Positions 27,258 through 37,141 of a DNA stretch of 64,000 nucleotides are shown here, piece after piece. The stretch lies in the IMG/VR virus record IMGVR_UViG_3300047095_000811, positions 72,854-136,853 of that record; one strand, written 5' to 3'. Under the pieces are notes generated by a model. It saw nothing but the letters and a program-made list of their open reading frames with translations, was not told where the DNA came from and searched no databases. Source of the stretch: a virus. Numbering within the stretch: the stretch's first letter is position 1; each line of letters starts with the position of its first letter. The translations under genes and the position numbers were made by a program.

Positions 27258-28676
27258 ATGCCGACCAACAACGTATACATTCGAGATCTTCCTTACGAGT
27301 TCTTGAAGTCAAAGGGAGATGCTTTCCTAGATTCCGCAAGCCTGACGAATCACGAGAGCATCTTCATAGGAACAAAGGCAAGTGCGCCGCTGATGGCAGC
27401 TCCCAAGACGAAGGAGGAGATTCCAGACGTCGTGCTGAAAAGCCTCAGAGAGCTGATCGTCAGAAAGTACACCGACAACACTTCATTCACGAAGGTGGAA
27501 GAAGACACTCTGCTGATGTCGTACTACTACCTGCAGTCCAAGGCCATCCTCGCCAACGACTTCAAGAAGGAAAAGAAGAAGCTCCATCCGGTGACAAACA
27601 AGGCATCGAACTTCAAGACCGGAGAGCCACCACTGATGCTTCGCCGGGTGCTGGAGAACCCTCTGGTGAAGAAGCTTCGGAAAGGGTACACCGCTTCGCC
27701 AGACAAGAGCAGCCTCAAGCTCCGCCCGGAGAAGACGGGAAAATCCGTCAAGGATATCATCAAGTCCAGCAAGTTCTACCAAGAGACGGCGAGCTCTCTG
27801 GTGTACGACGACGTCCAATACGCCGCGCACGTCATGAATGAGGCGATCAGGAACGCTGGAGTCCAAGGGAGCTTCCCCGCGTGGGTTTACGAGATTCCAT
27901 CTGGTAGCGCCCAGCAATCGACGGAGTACAAGTTCAAGTACGAAAACGTCGCAGAGATGGTGAAGTTGGTCCGCAGTTTGATCGAAGACAAGTACAACTT
28001 CGGCTTCCAGACGATGACTCAGGGGAATATCGACACCGCTGAGATCCTGAAGGAGTCGATGCTCGCTAGACTTCGGAGTCCAAGCGCCGACCCGGCGTAC
28101 GTCTTCCTGAAGTTCGAGACCACCGGAAACGACCCGATCGGCGGGACGTACAACTTCAGAGTGCAGGACTTCTCGTCTGACAGGTATTTCTTGGCGGGGG
28201 TGCTGAACTACTCCTCTCTTGAGATCGACCTGAACCCTCGTCTGAGCCAGGACACGGTTAATTCCACCCTGAGATTCTCGCCGAGAGCCGGTGACGCGTC
28301 TGTCTGCGTCCTTCTAGGCAAGGACAGAACTCCATTCCGCATTTCAGGAATGGATAAGAAGCTCTTCAACATCGACACGTTCACCGTCGATGAGGCAATG
28401 AACACTTGGACGATCGACTTCGACGGTGCTGATGATAACTTCGTCTTCCAAGTCGAGTCGAACGGCAGCATCGTCACACCGACTTCCGCCCGCCTGCTCT
28501 CCGACTCAAGGATCGAACTGCGCTTCAGGACTGCTGTTAGCGGGAAGCTGTTCATTCTCTCTTGCGCTAAGAACTGGCCGAACGACGCGATGCTAGTGGT
28601 CACTGAGGAGAATGTCGAACGGATCCTTGCAACCACGAATTTCCACAAGAAGGTGTACAGGAAATGGATACAGTAG
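27258..28676 (+). CDS. putative virion structural protein
   Basis: 472 aa, GACA-N6-TA motif at 27224-27235, beta-rich C-terminus. Confidence 0.6.
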   Translation: MPTNNVYIRDLPYEFLKSKGDAFLDSASLTNHESIFIGTKASAPLMAAPKTKEEIPDVVLKSLRELIVRKYTDNTSFTKVEEDTLLMSYYYLQSKAILANDFKKEKKKLHPVTNKASNFKTGEPPLMLRRVLENPLVKKLRKGYTASPDKSSLKLRPEKTGKSVKDIIKSSKFYQETASSLVYDDVQYAAHVMNEAIRNAGVQGSFPAWVYEIPSGSAQQSTEYKFKYENVAEMVKLVRSLIEDKYNFGFQTMTQGNIDTAEILKESMLARLRSPSADPAYVFLKFETTGNDPIGGTYNFRVQDFSSDRYFLAGVLNYSSLEIDLNPRLSQDTVNSTLRFSPRAGDASVCVLLGKDRTPFRISGMDKKLFNIDTFTVDEAMNTWTIDFDGADDNFVFQVESNGSIVTPTSARLLSDSRIELRFRTAVSGKLFILSCAKNWPNDAMLVVTEENVERILATTNFHKKVYRKWIQ

Positions 28677-28930
28677 TCACTGTGGCGAAGATGAAGGCAG
28701 ATATCGCAAAGAGCGTAGCCAAGAACCTCGCCGTCAACTCAATAGAAGCTCTCGGGTCAATTCTAGAGGGTAAGAAAGACTCCGGTCTGGATGCCAAACT
28801 TGAGAAGAGATACGCCGCGATGCGGCTCAAGCTCTTCCTCAAGTACACGATGATCGACTACGAAGTTCTCGCATCCAGAGTGCAGCGGAACGACGTCTAC
28901 GCCGAGCTCATGGAAGGATCCAAGCTATGA
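28664..28930 (+). CDS. hypothetical protein
   Basis: 88 aa, overlaps both neighbours. Confidence 0.7.
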   Translation: MDTVVTVAKMKADIAKSVAKNLAVNSIEALGSILEGKKDSGLDAKLEKRYAAMRLKLFLKYTMIDYEVLASRVQRNDVYAELMEGSKL

Positions 28931-30006
28931 TCAGAAACTGTCTCGGTCTGACCGTTGACGACCTCAAGAACGACCTCTTCGGAAGGCTGGACTCTTGGAC
29001 GCTGGACTGGCTGCTGGACCAAGAGTGCGGCGGTGGCGGAGCTGGCGAAGCGGCCCTCGCGAAGTACGACGCCTTCTCCGTCTACACCGCGAAGCAAGGT
29101 CTCAATTACCTCAACAACCTCGACAAGAACGACGGGTCCGTCAGCGGAGCGGACCCGTTCGGCTTCCTTCGGGACAACATGGGGAACTACCTGAAGGACT
29201 TCGGCGACCGGGAGTGCTCTGGGCAGAACGTCGCCATAGACGACCTAGTGTCTCAATACAAGCCGGACCCCTACGTCTCGATGTACCCGGACACCCTATC
29301 CGACTCCAAGAAGGCGCTGCTCTTGGACCAGCTGCGAAAGTCTAACTTCAACGCCGCTGTCACCAACGGCCTCAACCCTACAGCAGACAACAACTCGCCG
29401 TACATGATCCTCGACGACTCTGAGCGCGGCGACGACATGATGCTGATAAAGACAGGGAACCTGTTCGGTCCTTCCATTCTCAGCAAGATCCCGGTGTCGG
29501 TAATCGAGAATTTCGACCCAGACAAGATGATCTACACGAAGTGCTTCAGGACGCTTTTTGCTCTTGAGAACTACTTCGTGCCGGACAATCCGAAGTCGAA
29601 GCCCATCGTCACCGAAGGGAAGCTCCGTAGCATCCGAAGGCTTCACGAAGATGTGATTCTGCCGATCTACCGTTTCTACTACGGAAATGAAGACGACTCC
29701 ACTTGCAAGCTTCGGATCCACGGCGGGCTGATGTCTATGGAGACTGCGGTCTCTAGGATGGGGGCGTCTCTGGCGACAAGACACGTCTACGGTCAGTCTG
29801 CTAACTTCAGTCTCGTGTCAATCTCGAACGACAAGGTGCTCGAAGATCTGAGGTCCGGAGCCATCGGCGTAGACTTCGGCGTGGCGGCTCTGGTGAACGG
29901 CATCTACATCACGCTGCCTTACACTTACGAGAACTACGAGGTTCGGAACGTGATTCTGTCCTCCCCGAACTTCGATTCCGATGATATCCGTGCGCAATTC
30001 TTATGA
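28927..30006 (+). CDS. putative virion protein with degenerate peptidase M15-like C-terminal domain
   Basis: LHEDVILPI...IHGG...TRHVYGQSANF resembles the M15 motif SxHxxGxAxD with the Asp replaced by Asn. Confidence 0.5.
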   Translation: MIRNCLGLTVDDLKNDLFGRLDSWTLDWLLDQECGGGGAGEAALAKYDAFSVYTAKQGLNYLNNLDKNDGSVSGADPFGFLRDNMGNYLKDFGDRECSGQNVAIDDLVSQYKPDPYVSMYPDTLSDSKKALLLDQLRKSNFNAAVTNGLNPTADNNSPYMILDDSERGDDMMLIKTGNLFGPSILSKIPVSVIENFDPDKMIYTKCFRTLFALENYFVPDNPKSKPIVTEGKLRSIRRLHEDVILPIYRFYYGNEDDSTCKLRIHGGLMSMETAVSRMGASLATRHVYGQSANFSLVSISNDKVLEDLRSGAIGVDFGVAALVNGIYITLPYTYENYEVRNVILSSPNFDSDDIRAQFL

Positions 30007-30085
30007 ATTGGCAAGGAAGTTTCGTGGCTACACTCGGGGTAGCCATGCAACACCGGAATAGTCTCATCATCTTAGCGAAACTCCA

Positions 30086-30709
30086 ATGACCACCAACAAC
30101 ATCACCCCGGACGACATTTTGTCGGACGCGGACAACAGACGTTTGTCCGAGATGATGGCAATCAAGAAGCACGTCTACGCCTTCATCAATAAGAAAGAAC
30201 TGCTCAAGTTCATCCTCCACATCATCGACTCCACCGAAGTGGTGACGTTCGAGCGCAAGCACGACCGCCGCTTCCTGAATCTGATGAACCTCTCGATGGC
30301 GCTCCAGCTCGACGTCAAGAAGGCAACCGAGAAGTACGAGGTCTCCGACCTCAAGGATCCGAAGAAGAACGGCAGCCGAGAAACAACGATGACCGCTCGC
30401 GCCAATTTCCTACGCGAGTTGATCGTTGTACCGTTCACCGACCTGATGGGCAACATGCTGAGCACCATCATCGACAAGGAGCCGGACGAGGACTACCAGT
30501 ACTCCGAGTGGATCTTCAACATCCTCCCGGAGAACTACAAAGAACTTCGCAATTCTGTCAGCAGCTTCATCGAGCTGGAGGACGGAGACAAAGAAAAGAT
30601 CAAGAACGACCTGAAGTTCATGTACGGCATGTGCTCCGCGTTCGTCTTCCCTCCCGAGGAAGTTGACCTCAACGAGGACACCGGCTTCACCCTCGAATTT
30701 CTGCTGTAA
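30086..30709 (+). CDS. hypothetical protein
   Basis: 207 aa; AACA-ccggaa-TA at 30049-30060. Confidence 0.7.
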   Translation: MTTNNITPDDILSDADNRRLSEMMAIKKHVYAFINKKELLKFILHIIDSTEVVTFERKHDRRFLNLMNLSMALQLDVKKATEKYEVSDLKDPKKNGSRETTMTARANFLRELIVVPFTDLMGNMLSTIIDKEPDEDYQYSEWIFNILPENYKELRNSVSSFIELEDGDKEKIKNDLKFMYGMCSAFVFPPEEVDLNEDTGFTLEFLL

Positions 30710-30794
30710 AGACATGACGTATGAGACTCGTTCTCATACGTCATTACTTTTTTTGCAAATATATTATCACCATGTGAGATTCTCGGAGAAATAA

Positions 30795-31166
30795 ATGATA
30801 CCAATAATGAAGCCGCTTACAGTGATATCGATGGATATCGAAAGGGAAGAGTCCCCGATCACCTTCATCGACCACTTCGCGTCTGTCGGCGGGTTGCAGC
30901 CTGTCTACTCTCGATCTTCTACGACGACGATGAAAATCGTGACTCCTTCCTTAGACGATCCGTCCGTTTACCATGCCGATTTTTTCGTTGTGGCGAACCC
31001 TCGCCTCCAAAGGCACCCAGTCAGTCTCGGAAACCCGACCAGCGAGCACGACGAGAAGGTGCAACAACTCAATACTTTCCTGGAGATTCTTCAATTCGCT
31101 AGGACAAACCCAGTTGCAAGAGAGAAGTTGGAGGACCTGTTCAAGCTCCGACAGCTTCTCGGATGA
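30795..31166 (+). CDS. hypothetical protein
   Basis: 123 aa; ATATATTAT at 30759-30767; first gene of the sbcD-dnaB operon. Confidence 0.7.
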   Translation: MIPIMKPLTVISMDIEREESPITFIDHFASVGGLQPVYSRSSTTTMKIVTPSLDDPSVYHADFFVVANPRLQRHPVSLGNPTSEHDEKVQQLNTFLEILQFARTNPVAREKLEDLFKLRQLLG

Positions 31167-31178
31167 TTCGAGGAAAAT

Positions 31179-32330
31179 ATGTCAACTTTCATCTCTATCT
31201 CAGACGTCCATCACGGCGCAAAGTCCCACGAGAGCATGCGGGAAGAGTTCTACGCCGAGGGTGGATTCTTCGACGTTCTCGATGCCACCCTACCGGAAGA
31301 AGATTTCATCGGGGTGGCCGTTACCGGGGACTGGTTCGACAAGAAACTGGACATGAACGACCCGAGAGCAAAGCTCGGAGTCTCCGTCATGGTGGATATC
31401 CTGAACCGCTGCATCCAGTACGACAAGCACCTCGTCGTGATCCGTGGAACCTACTCCCACGACCTCAACCAGCTGAATGTGTTTGAGGAGTTCGGCGCTC
31501 TCTACGAGAAGTTCCACCTCGTCAACACGGTGCGAGAGATCAAGTTCGGTCCTCTGAGAACTCTCTGCATCCCGGAGGAGTACCCGCAAGACAGCGACGA
31601 GTACTACGCCGACTGGTTCTCCAAGAAATACGATCTGATACTCGGCCACGGCTTCTTCGATTTCAACTGCTTCGACAGCAACGACGCCGAGCGCAACATC
31701 CCGCAGATGCCGGTATTCGAGGCAGACGTGATCTGCAAGCTGGCACCGCTCACGATCTTCGGCCACGATCATACCCACAAGGACTACAAGAACAAGATCT
31801 TCTACAACGGATCTTTCTCTCGGCTCTGCCACAATGAAGAGACTCCCAAGGGGTTCATCTACGCAGAGTGGGACAGGAAGAACCCGTCAGTACACCTCAT
31901 GGAGAACGCGCTTGCTCCGAGGTACATCACCGTCGTACTCGACGTCATCGTGAAGCGAGCAAAGATTGACGTCAACTTCGAGGAACTGGTGAAGCTCATC
32001 GAACGCACCAAGGTAAAAGCAAACGCATACGACCTGAAAGTGAAGGTCACGGACTACTTCACCAAAGAGCACAAGGTCACCGTCGAGCTGGTCAAGAACC
32101 ACTTCTTGAACCAGCCTGGGTATCGGATAGAATCCGGTCGGCTGAACGTCCTGAGAGATTCGGAAAACGTGATAGAAGACTCCGACGAAGGAGAGGGTGA
32201 TACTACGTATGACTTCCTCTTCGAGCCCACCAATATTGTCGACAAGGTTCTCAAGTTCATCGAAGTGAAGCACGAGGGGCAGTACAACCTGACGCGGGAC
32301 CAAGTGGCTCAGTCGATTTCACCCGTCTAA
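31179..32330 (+). CDS. sbcD: SbcD/Mre11-like metallophosphoesterase nuclease
   Basis: Motifs SDVH, GDWFD, GTYSHD, GH, FGHDH, YNGS. Confidence 0.88.
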   Translation: MSTFISISDVHHGAKSHESMREEFYAEGGFFDVLDATLPEEDFIGVAVTGDWFDKKLDMNDPRAKLGVSVMVDILNRCIQYDKHLVVIRGTYSHDLNQLNVFEEFGALYEKFHLVNTVREIKFGPLRTLCIPEEYPQDSDEYYADWFSKKYDLILGHGFFDFNCFDSNDAERNIPQMPVFEADVICKLAPLTIFGHDHTHKDYKNKIFYNGSFSRLCHNEETPKGFIYAEWDRKNPSVHLMENALAPRYITVVLDVIVKRAKIDVNFEELVKLIERTKVKANAYDLKVKVTDYFTKEHKVTVELVKNHFLNQPGYRIESGRLNVLRDSENVIEDSDEGEGDTTYDFLFEPTNIVDKVLKFIEVKHEGQYNLTRDQVAQSISPV

Positions 32331-32346
32331 GGACGAAAGGAGTGCA

Positions 32347-34002
32347 ATGAAAAAAAGAGAAAGAAGCGGAAGCAAGAAAGCCTCCAACCGGGTAAAGATG
32401 GAGCTGAAGACGTCGCTGATGAAGAATCTGCTGGCGTACCTGCTCGGAGAGACCAAGTCGAGGAACTTCGTCAAGAAGCTCAACATCTTCTTCCAGCTAG
32501 TCGACGAGACGGTGTATCTCAGCGATGCAGATATGGAGATGCCGTACGCTGCAGTGCGACGCGTTCTGAAGACGATCCTCGAAGACAACGTAGACGACCA
32601 AGAACTCATCATGGACCGTCTGCTCTCGATGCCGAAGTACGAGGAAGAGATGCCTGACCTGATCGAGGAGATTAGCGGCATCGACATGAACGAGGACCTC
32701 GTCGTTTATATCGAGAACGAGTTCATTGACCGTCTCAACTACGTCACTGCTATCCCGGTCATATCTCAGCTCAAGCTGGCGATATCTCAGTTTGACAAGC
32801 AGGAGTATGAGTCCTATAACGAGATCATCCAAGAGATCCGTGGCTATACCTCCATCTTCAACAAGGCGGTGAACCTTCGTTCGTCGGCTTCTCTGACTTA
32901 TCCAGAGATCGACTTCAACAGTGAGCAGTTCGAAGTTATTCTCGAAAAGGTCTACAAAAACCTCACGAACGAGAAGAAGTACTTGATGACAGGAGTCAAG
33001 GAGCTAAACAAGATGCTGCAGGGCGGCTTCCAACCCGGTCGCGTCTACGTGTTCATGGCTGTGTCTGGCGGTTGGAAGTCTGGCCTGCTGCTGAACGCGT
33101 TCATTTGGGCTGCGCGGTACAACCGGAACCTCCGGTGCAGGGATCAGGCCAAGAAGCCGATGTTCCTCTATCTGACGCAGGAGAACGATTCCGAAGAGAC
33201 GCTCGACCGCATGTTCAGCTACATGAACTGTGTCAAAGACAGCAAGTACACCCCGCTCGACCAGATCAAGGAGGCGTTCATCGAAGAGGGGATCGTGGAC
33301 CCCGGACACCACGGCTTCAAGATCCACTACTTTCGAAAGAACGAGATCTGCGCTAACGACATTGAGAACCTCGTCCACGACATCGAGGCCGACGGAGAGT
33401 ACGAGGTCAAGTTGATCGTTCACGATTACCTGAAGCGTCTGCGTCCGAACGTGGCAGCCAATGACATCCGGGTCGATCTCGGCTCCGCCACGAACGATCT
33501 GTCCGAATTGGCGAAGCTGCTGAAGATCCCGATCGTCACCGCCAACCAGCTCAACAAGGAGGCATACACCGTTCTCATGCAGCAGGGCAACAACGAGAAC
33601 AAGAATGACCTCGGCAAGAAGGCGTCCCTGACGATGCAATCGGAGTCTCAGCTCATCACCGAGAACGCCGACTGCGTCATTGCGATCAACAAGGAGTACC
33701 AGCGGGCCACCGACAAGTGGTTCCTGACCTTCACCGATCTCAAGAACCGGGCATCTAAGACCAACCGTTCGTACGCCAACAGGTACTTCGCAATACCCTT
33801 CGTAGAGGGGAACTCGATGCGCCTAATGGAAGATCTGAACACGGATGATAATTACGCCTTGCAATCCATCTCGGATGGTCTGGCGGATTTCGACCCGAAC
33901 GGCCACAACGACGACACCGAACCGGAAAACCGCCCCAAGACTCAGCGCAAGGGGCAGCACAAGAAGGTTCTGGCTGACGACGCATTTGAGGACGAAGACT
34001 GA
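32347..34002 (+). CDS. DnaB-like replicative helicase
   Basis: TGVKELNKMLQGG, Walker A-like SGGWKS, VHDYL, TANQLN, KNR motifs. Confidence 0.88.
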   Translation: MKKRERSGSKKASNRVKMELKTSLMKNLLAYLLGETKSRNFVKKLNIFFQLVDETVYLSDADMEMPYAAVRRVLKTILEDNVDDQELIMDRLLSMPKYEEEMPDLIEEISGIDMNEDLVVYIENEFIDRLNYVTAIPVISQLKLAISQFDKQEYESYNEIIQEIRGYTSIFNKAVNLRSSASLTYPEIDFNSEQFEVILEKVYKNLTNEKKYLMTGVKELNKMLQGGFQPGRVYVFMAVSGGWKSGLLLNAFIWAARYNRNLRCRDQAKKPMFLYLTQENDSEETLDRMFSYMNCVKDSKYTPLDQIKEAFIEEGIVDPGHHGFKIHYFRKNEICANDIENLVHDIEADGEYEVKLIVHDYLKRLRPNVAANDIRVDLGSATNDLSELAKLLKIPIVTANQLNKEAYTVLMQQGNNENKNDLGKKASLTMQSESQLITENADCVIAINKEYQRATDKWFLTFTDLKNRASKTNRSYANRYFAIPFVEGNSMRLMEDLNTDDNYALQSISDGLADFDPNGHNDDTEPENRPKTQRKGQHKKVLADDAFEDED

Positions 34003-34007
34003 CATCA

Positions 34008-34043
34008 GTCCGGATGGGTAAAACCATCCGGACTTTTTTTTTT
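34008..34043 (+). terminator. intrinsic terminator
   Basis: GTCCGGATGG-gtaaaa-CCATCCGGAC followed by a long T-run. Confidence 0.85.
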
Positions 34044-34052
34044 GGAGGAATC

Positions 34053-34307
34053 ATGGAATACGTTGCTTCCGTATTCGACAAGCTGGAGAACATCCCGCAC
34101 GTAGTCCGAGTCCAGTGCGACAGCGAGGATCTGACCGATGTCATTCTGGCGGTGTACACCAAGCTGATAGGGCAAGAAGAGCCTCTCACCAAAGGTGAAG
34201 TAGAAGCCCAGGAAGACCTCTTCGCAGACTACGTGGTGATCTCCATCTTCAGAGAAGCTGGTGAGAACCTGATCCCCGACCTCGAACAAGAAGGAGAAGA
34301 CGAATGA
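34053..34307 (+). CDS. hypothetical acidic protein
   Basis: RBS GGAGG before ATG 34053. Confidence 0.7.
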   Translation: MEYVASVFDKLENIPHVVRVQCDSEDLTDVILAVYTKLIGQEEPLTKGEVEAQEDLFADYVVISIFREAGENLIPDLEQEGEDE

Positions 34308-34780
34308 ACTACCAAGAATTCATCAACGAAGTGAAGAAATTCGAGCTGCTGAAGTACGGCGAGGACATGGAGCACAAGTTCCAGTATCCGGTTGCCATCC
34401 GGGCTGCGCCCAGCGTTGAGGCGCTGCTCGACGCTCTGGAGGAGTACGTCTTCCCCGTCTTCAACCAATTCGACGTGGCGAAGCGCGAACAGTTCGCTCT
34501 CCTCAAGCAACTCCTGCAAGAGAACAACTGCGGATACACCGCAAAGGCACCGTCGTACCTCAACGGATTCGGCACGGGTAGCTCGATCATGAGCAACATG
34601 CCAGCGCACATCGTCCGGAACGTCTCGAACAACAACGGCTACTCGCAACACTTGCGAGAACCAGTGAACATCGAGTTCGACAACATGTCTTCGAGCAGCA
34701 ATTCGGTCATGATCAACTGCCCGGAACTCCAAATGATCATGGTGGATTCCATCGTGATGAACCTCCTGCAATTTGTTTGA
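34304..34780 (+). CDS. hypothetical protein
   Basis: 158 aa, ATGA-coupled to the upstream gene. Confidence 0.7.
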   Translation: MNYQEFINEVKKFELLKYGEDMEHKFQYPVAIRAAPSVEALLDALEEYVFPVFNQFDVAKREQFALLKQLLQENNCGYTAKAPSYLNGFGTGSSIMSNMPAHIVRNVSNNNGYSQHLREPVNIEFDNMSSSSNSVMINCPELQMIMVDSIVMNLLQFV

Positions 34781-34821
34781 CAAAGCAACACCAGATTAGC
34801 TTATTGATCTGGAAGGTTCTC

Positions 34822-35796
34822 ATGAGTATTTCACTGATATCCGCTTTCCTGCTTTTCGCATCGGGCCTCTCGATCACGATAGCAGGGGCGTTCTTCTCCG
34901 TGAAGGGCGTAGTCATGCTCATCCCGGACCCAGAAATCTACTACGGTCTGCTGGTGTTGGCCATCGCTTTCGAGGGGGCCAAGATCACTGCGTCGACGTT
35001 CCTCTTCCACGAGTACCGAGACTCTCAGTATCCTACCGCCTTGAAGGTGATCCTCAGCGCGGCAGTCGCTGCTCTTGTCTTGCTTTCTTCCATCGCAACC
35101 TACTCCCACCTGAACGCCTCGATATCCAAGTCGATGAGCACCGTGACTTCCAACAGCGCGGAGCGAACTCGGCTGACCGAGGACCGGGATCAGCTGCAGC
35201 AGACCATCCGGAACATAGAAACCCAGATGAACTCTCTGCCGCCAAACACCGGGGCGAATGCTAGAATCCGAATGATGAAGGCGTTCGAAGGAGAGAAGGC
35301 CGAGGCGAAGGCGAGATTGGACTCGGTGTCCGAGAAGATCCAGCAGCTCGACCAGAAGAACGTGGAAGAGGACAAGTTCCTATTCCTCAATTCCCTCTCT
35401 GCCCTGACCGGCCTGAACCGAGACAAGCTCTACACCGTGATCGTGCTGTCAATCGTCGCTCTGATCGACCCGCTTGCGATCACCTTGATCCTCAGCGGCT
35501 CGTTCATCGTGGCGAACATCCGAAAGGAAAAAGACGTCATCGCCGAGCAGCAGAAAGAGATAGAGATTCTCAAGGAAGAGGAGCAGGCTCTTGAGGAGAC
35601 TCTGGAGGAAACGACCGAGCAGCTGATCGAGAGGATCGAGGAATCGATCGAGGAACACGGCGGAAACATCACAAAGGAAGACGTCGAAGCTCTCCTCAAG
35701 ATCGAGCAGAGTGCCGACTCCATCCCGGCCCGTTCTCGCAAGAAACTCATCAAGATCCGCGATTTTCTGAAGGGTTCCAATGACAATCCAAAGTAA
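34822..35796 (+). CDS. membrane protein, three N-terminal TM helices, coiled coil, then a further TM
   Basis: Hydrophobicity pattern, DPLAI motif; late promoter motif at 34787-34798. Confidence 0.7.
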   Translation: MSISLISAFLLFASGLSITIAGAFFSVKGVVMLIPDPEIYYGLLVLAIAFEGAKITASTFLFHEYRDSQYPTALKVILSAAVAALVLLSSIATYSHLNASISKSMSTVTSNSAERTRLTEDRDQLQQTIRNIETQMNSLPPNTGANARIRMMKAFEGEKAEAKARLDSVSEKIQQLDQKNVEEDKFLFLNSLSALTGLNRDKLYTVIVLSIVALIDPLAITLILSGSFIVANIRKEKDVIAEQQKEIEILKEEEQALEETLEETTEQLIERIEESIEEHGGNITKEDVEALLKIEQSADSIPARSRKKLIKIRDFLKGSNDNPK

Positions 35797-36382
35797 ATTC
35801 TACCCGGTAAACCAGCTGGACCAAAGGAAGACGAACCGCTTCATCGTGCTTTCGCATGTGTCGAACTTCGTCCTGAAGACCCACGCTTTCCCGCCGGACC
35901 TCAGAAACAAGACGAACTACCACTGCCTCCCGGACCTGCGAGAGTACTACCGCGAGAAGGTCGAGATGCGGCAGATGCCGTTCCACTACCACGTCTGCCG
36001 ACTCAAGGGAGAGTGGGAAGCCTTCGGCACAGCCCCGGAGCACTACCGCTCTCCGATCATCGACAAGGCGGCTGAGAACTACTACATCGAGGATAAGTTC
36101 AAGGACGCGATCATCATCTGCGTCCAAGACAACTTCGCCTTGAACACCCCGGACGAGCGGATGCACCAGCTGATCTCCTCGACGCTGATCGCTCCGATGC
36201 TGAAGCAGTTCAGGGTGAACTTCAGGGACTCGGTCTTCTGGTGGGACGAGATCTTCAACTGGGACAAGTACCAGTACGACCGGAAGAACAACCCTCTGGA
36301 CTGGTCTTACCCTTGGGAGGTGAACAGGATGCTCTATTTCGATCGAGTCATCTTCAACCTCGAATCCATCAAGTACTTCTGA
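35780..36382 (+). CDS. protein with degenerate amidase_2-like fold
   Basis: FIVLSH...PFHYHV..GEW...AIIICV pattern recalls N-acetylmuramoyl-L-alanine amidases; next to a baseplate gene. Confidence 0.45.
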   Translation: MTIQSKFYPVNQLDQRKTNRFIVLSHVSNFVLKTHAFPPDLRNKTNYHCLPDLREYYREKVEMRQMPFHYHVCRLKGEWEAFGTAPEHYRSPIIDKAAENYYIEDKFKDAIIICVQDNFALNTPDERMHQLISSTLIAPMLKQFRVNFRDSVFWWDEIFNWDKYQYDRKNNPLDWSYPWEVNRMLYFDRVIFNLESIKYF

Positions 36383-36392
36383 GAGGCTAATT

Positions 36393-36836
36393 ATGGCACT
36401 GTCATTCGCCTCCTACGACTCGGCGGAGTTTCCGACGATCGAGGAGTCCATAGCCAGCTCGAAGACCAACCCCTTTCTGCTGAACAACTTCTCCGACAAG
36501 CTCGTTGCGCTTGTCGAGGGCCAGAACACGATCGTCTACGAGCCGTACAACGTGCTCCAGTCCTTCGTGTGGATGCTGGATGACTTCCTAGTCACCTATC
36601 CGATGCCCCCGGACGAGCACTACATGCCGGAGAAGACTGCGAAGAGGCTCTACGACTCGCACGACTTCTGGTACATCTGCATGCTGGTCAACAACGTCTC
36701 GAACGTCAAGGACTACAGGTTCGAGACGTACAAGGTGCTGCCTGCCGAGAGCCTGTACCACGTCGAGACTTTCCTCGACCGAGCCAAGGGCGAGCTGAGA
36801 GTCTACACTCCGGAAACGGACACGGTCTTCAAGTAA
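36393..36836 (+). CDS. baseplate wedge protein (T4 gp53-like, LysM-type)
   Basis: PEKTAKRLYDSHDFWYICMLVNNV matches the gp53 pattern PExxAxxxYgxxxxxWxilxxN. Confidence 0.7.
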   Translation: MALSFASYDSAEFPTIEESIASSKTNPFLLNNFSDKLVALVEGQNTIVYEPYNVLQSFVWMLDDFLVTYPMPPDEHYMPEKTAKRLYDSHDFWYICMLVNNVSNVKDYRFETYKVLPAESLYHVETFLDRAKGELRVYTPETDTVFK

Positions 36837-36873
36837 AAAAAAACGGAACTAGCAAATCGCTAGTTCCGTTTTT
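36834..36873. terminator. bidirectional terminator
   Basis: A-run, CGGAACTAGC-aaatc-GCTAGTTCCG, T-run. Confidence 0.85.
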
Positions 36874-36877
36874 ACTG

Positions 36878-37141
36878 TCACTTCTTCCTGTCAGGATAAT
36901 GCTTGTTGAGGTAAGTCTGTGAGACAACCCTCAGCGCAATGTACCAGACGATGACTTGCACCAACAGATCCCACCAAGGAGTCATCTCTCCTTCGCCGAA
37001 GAACTGGATCAGCAGGTTCAGCATGAAGAGGACGCCGATCCCGTGCTTCGTCAGGAAGGAAACCGGCATCACCACTTGGAGGACGGGATCTTCCCGCATT
37101 CTCTTTAGGACCTGCGGATTGTACTTGGGCTTACTTCTCAT
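36878..37141 (-). CDS. small two-TM membrane protein
   Basis: 87 aa, two hydrophobic segments, overlaps the sbcC end. Confidence 0.65.
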   Translation of the reverse strand: MRSKPKYNPQVLKRMREDPVLQVVMPVSFLTKHGIGVLFMLNLLIQFFGEGEMTPWWDLLVQVIVWYIALRVVSQTYLNKHYPDRKK

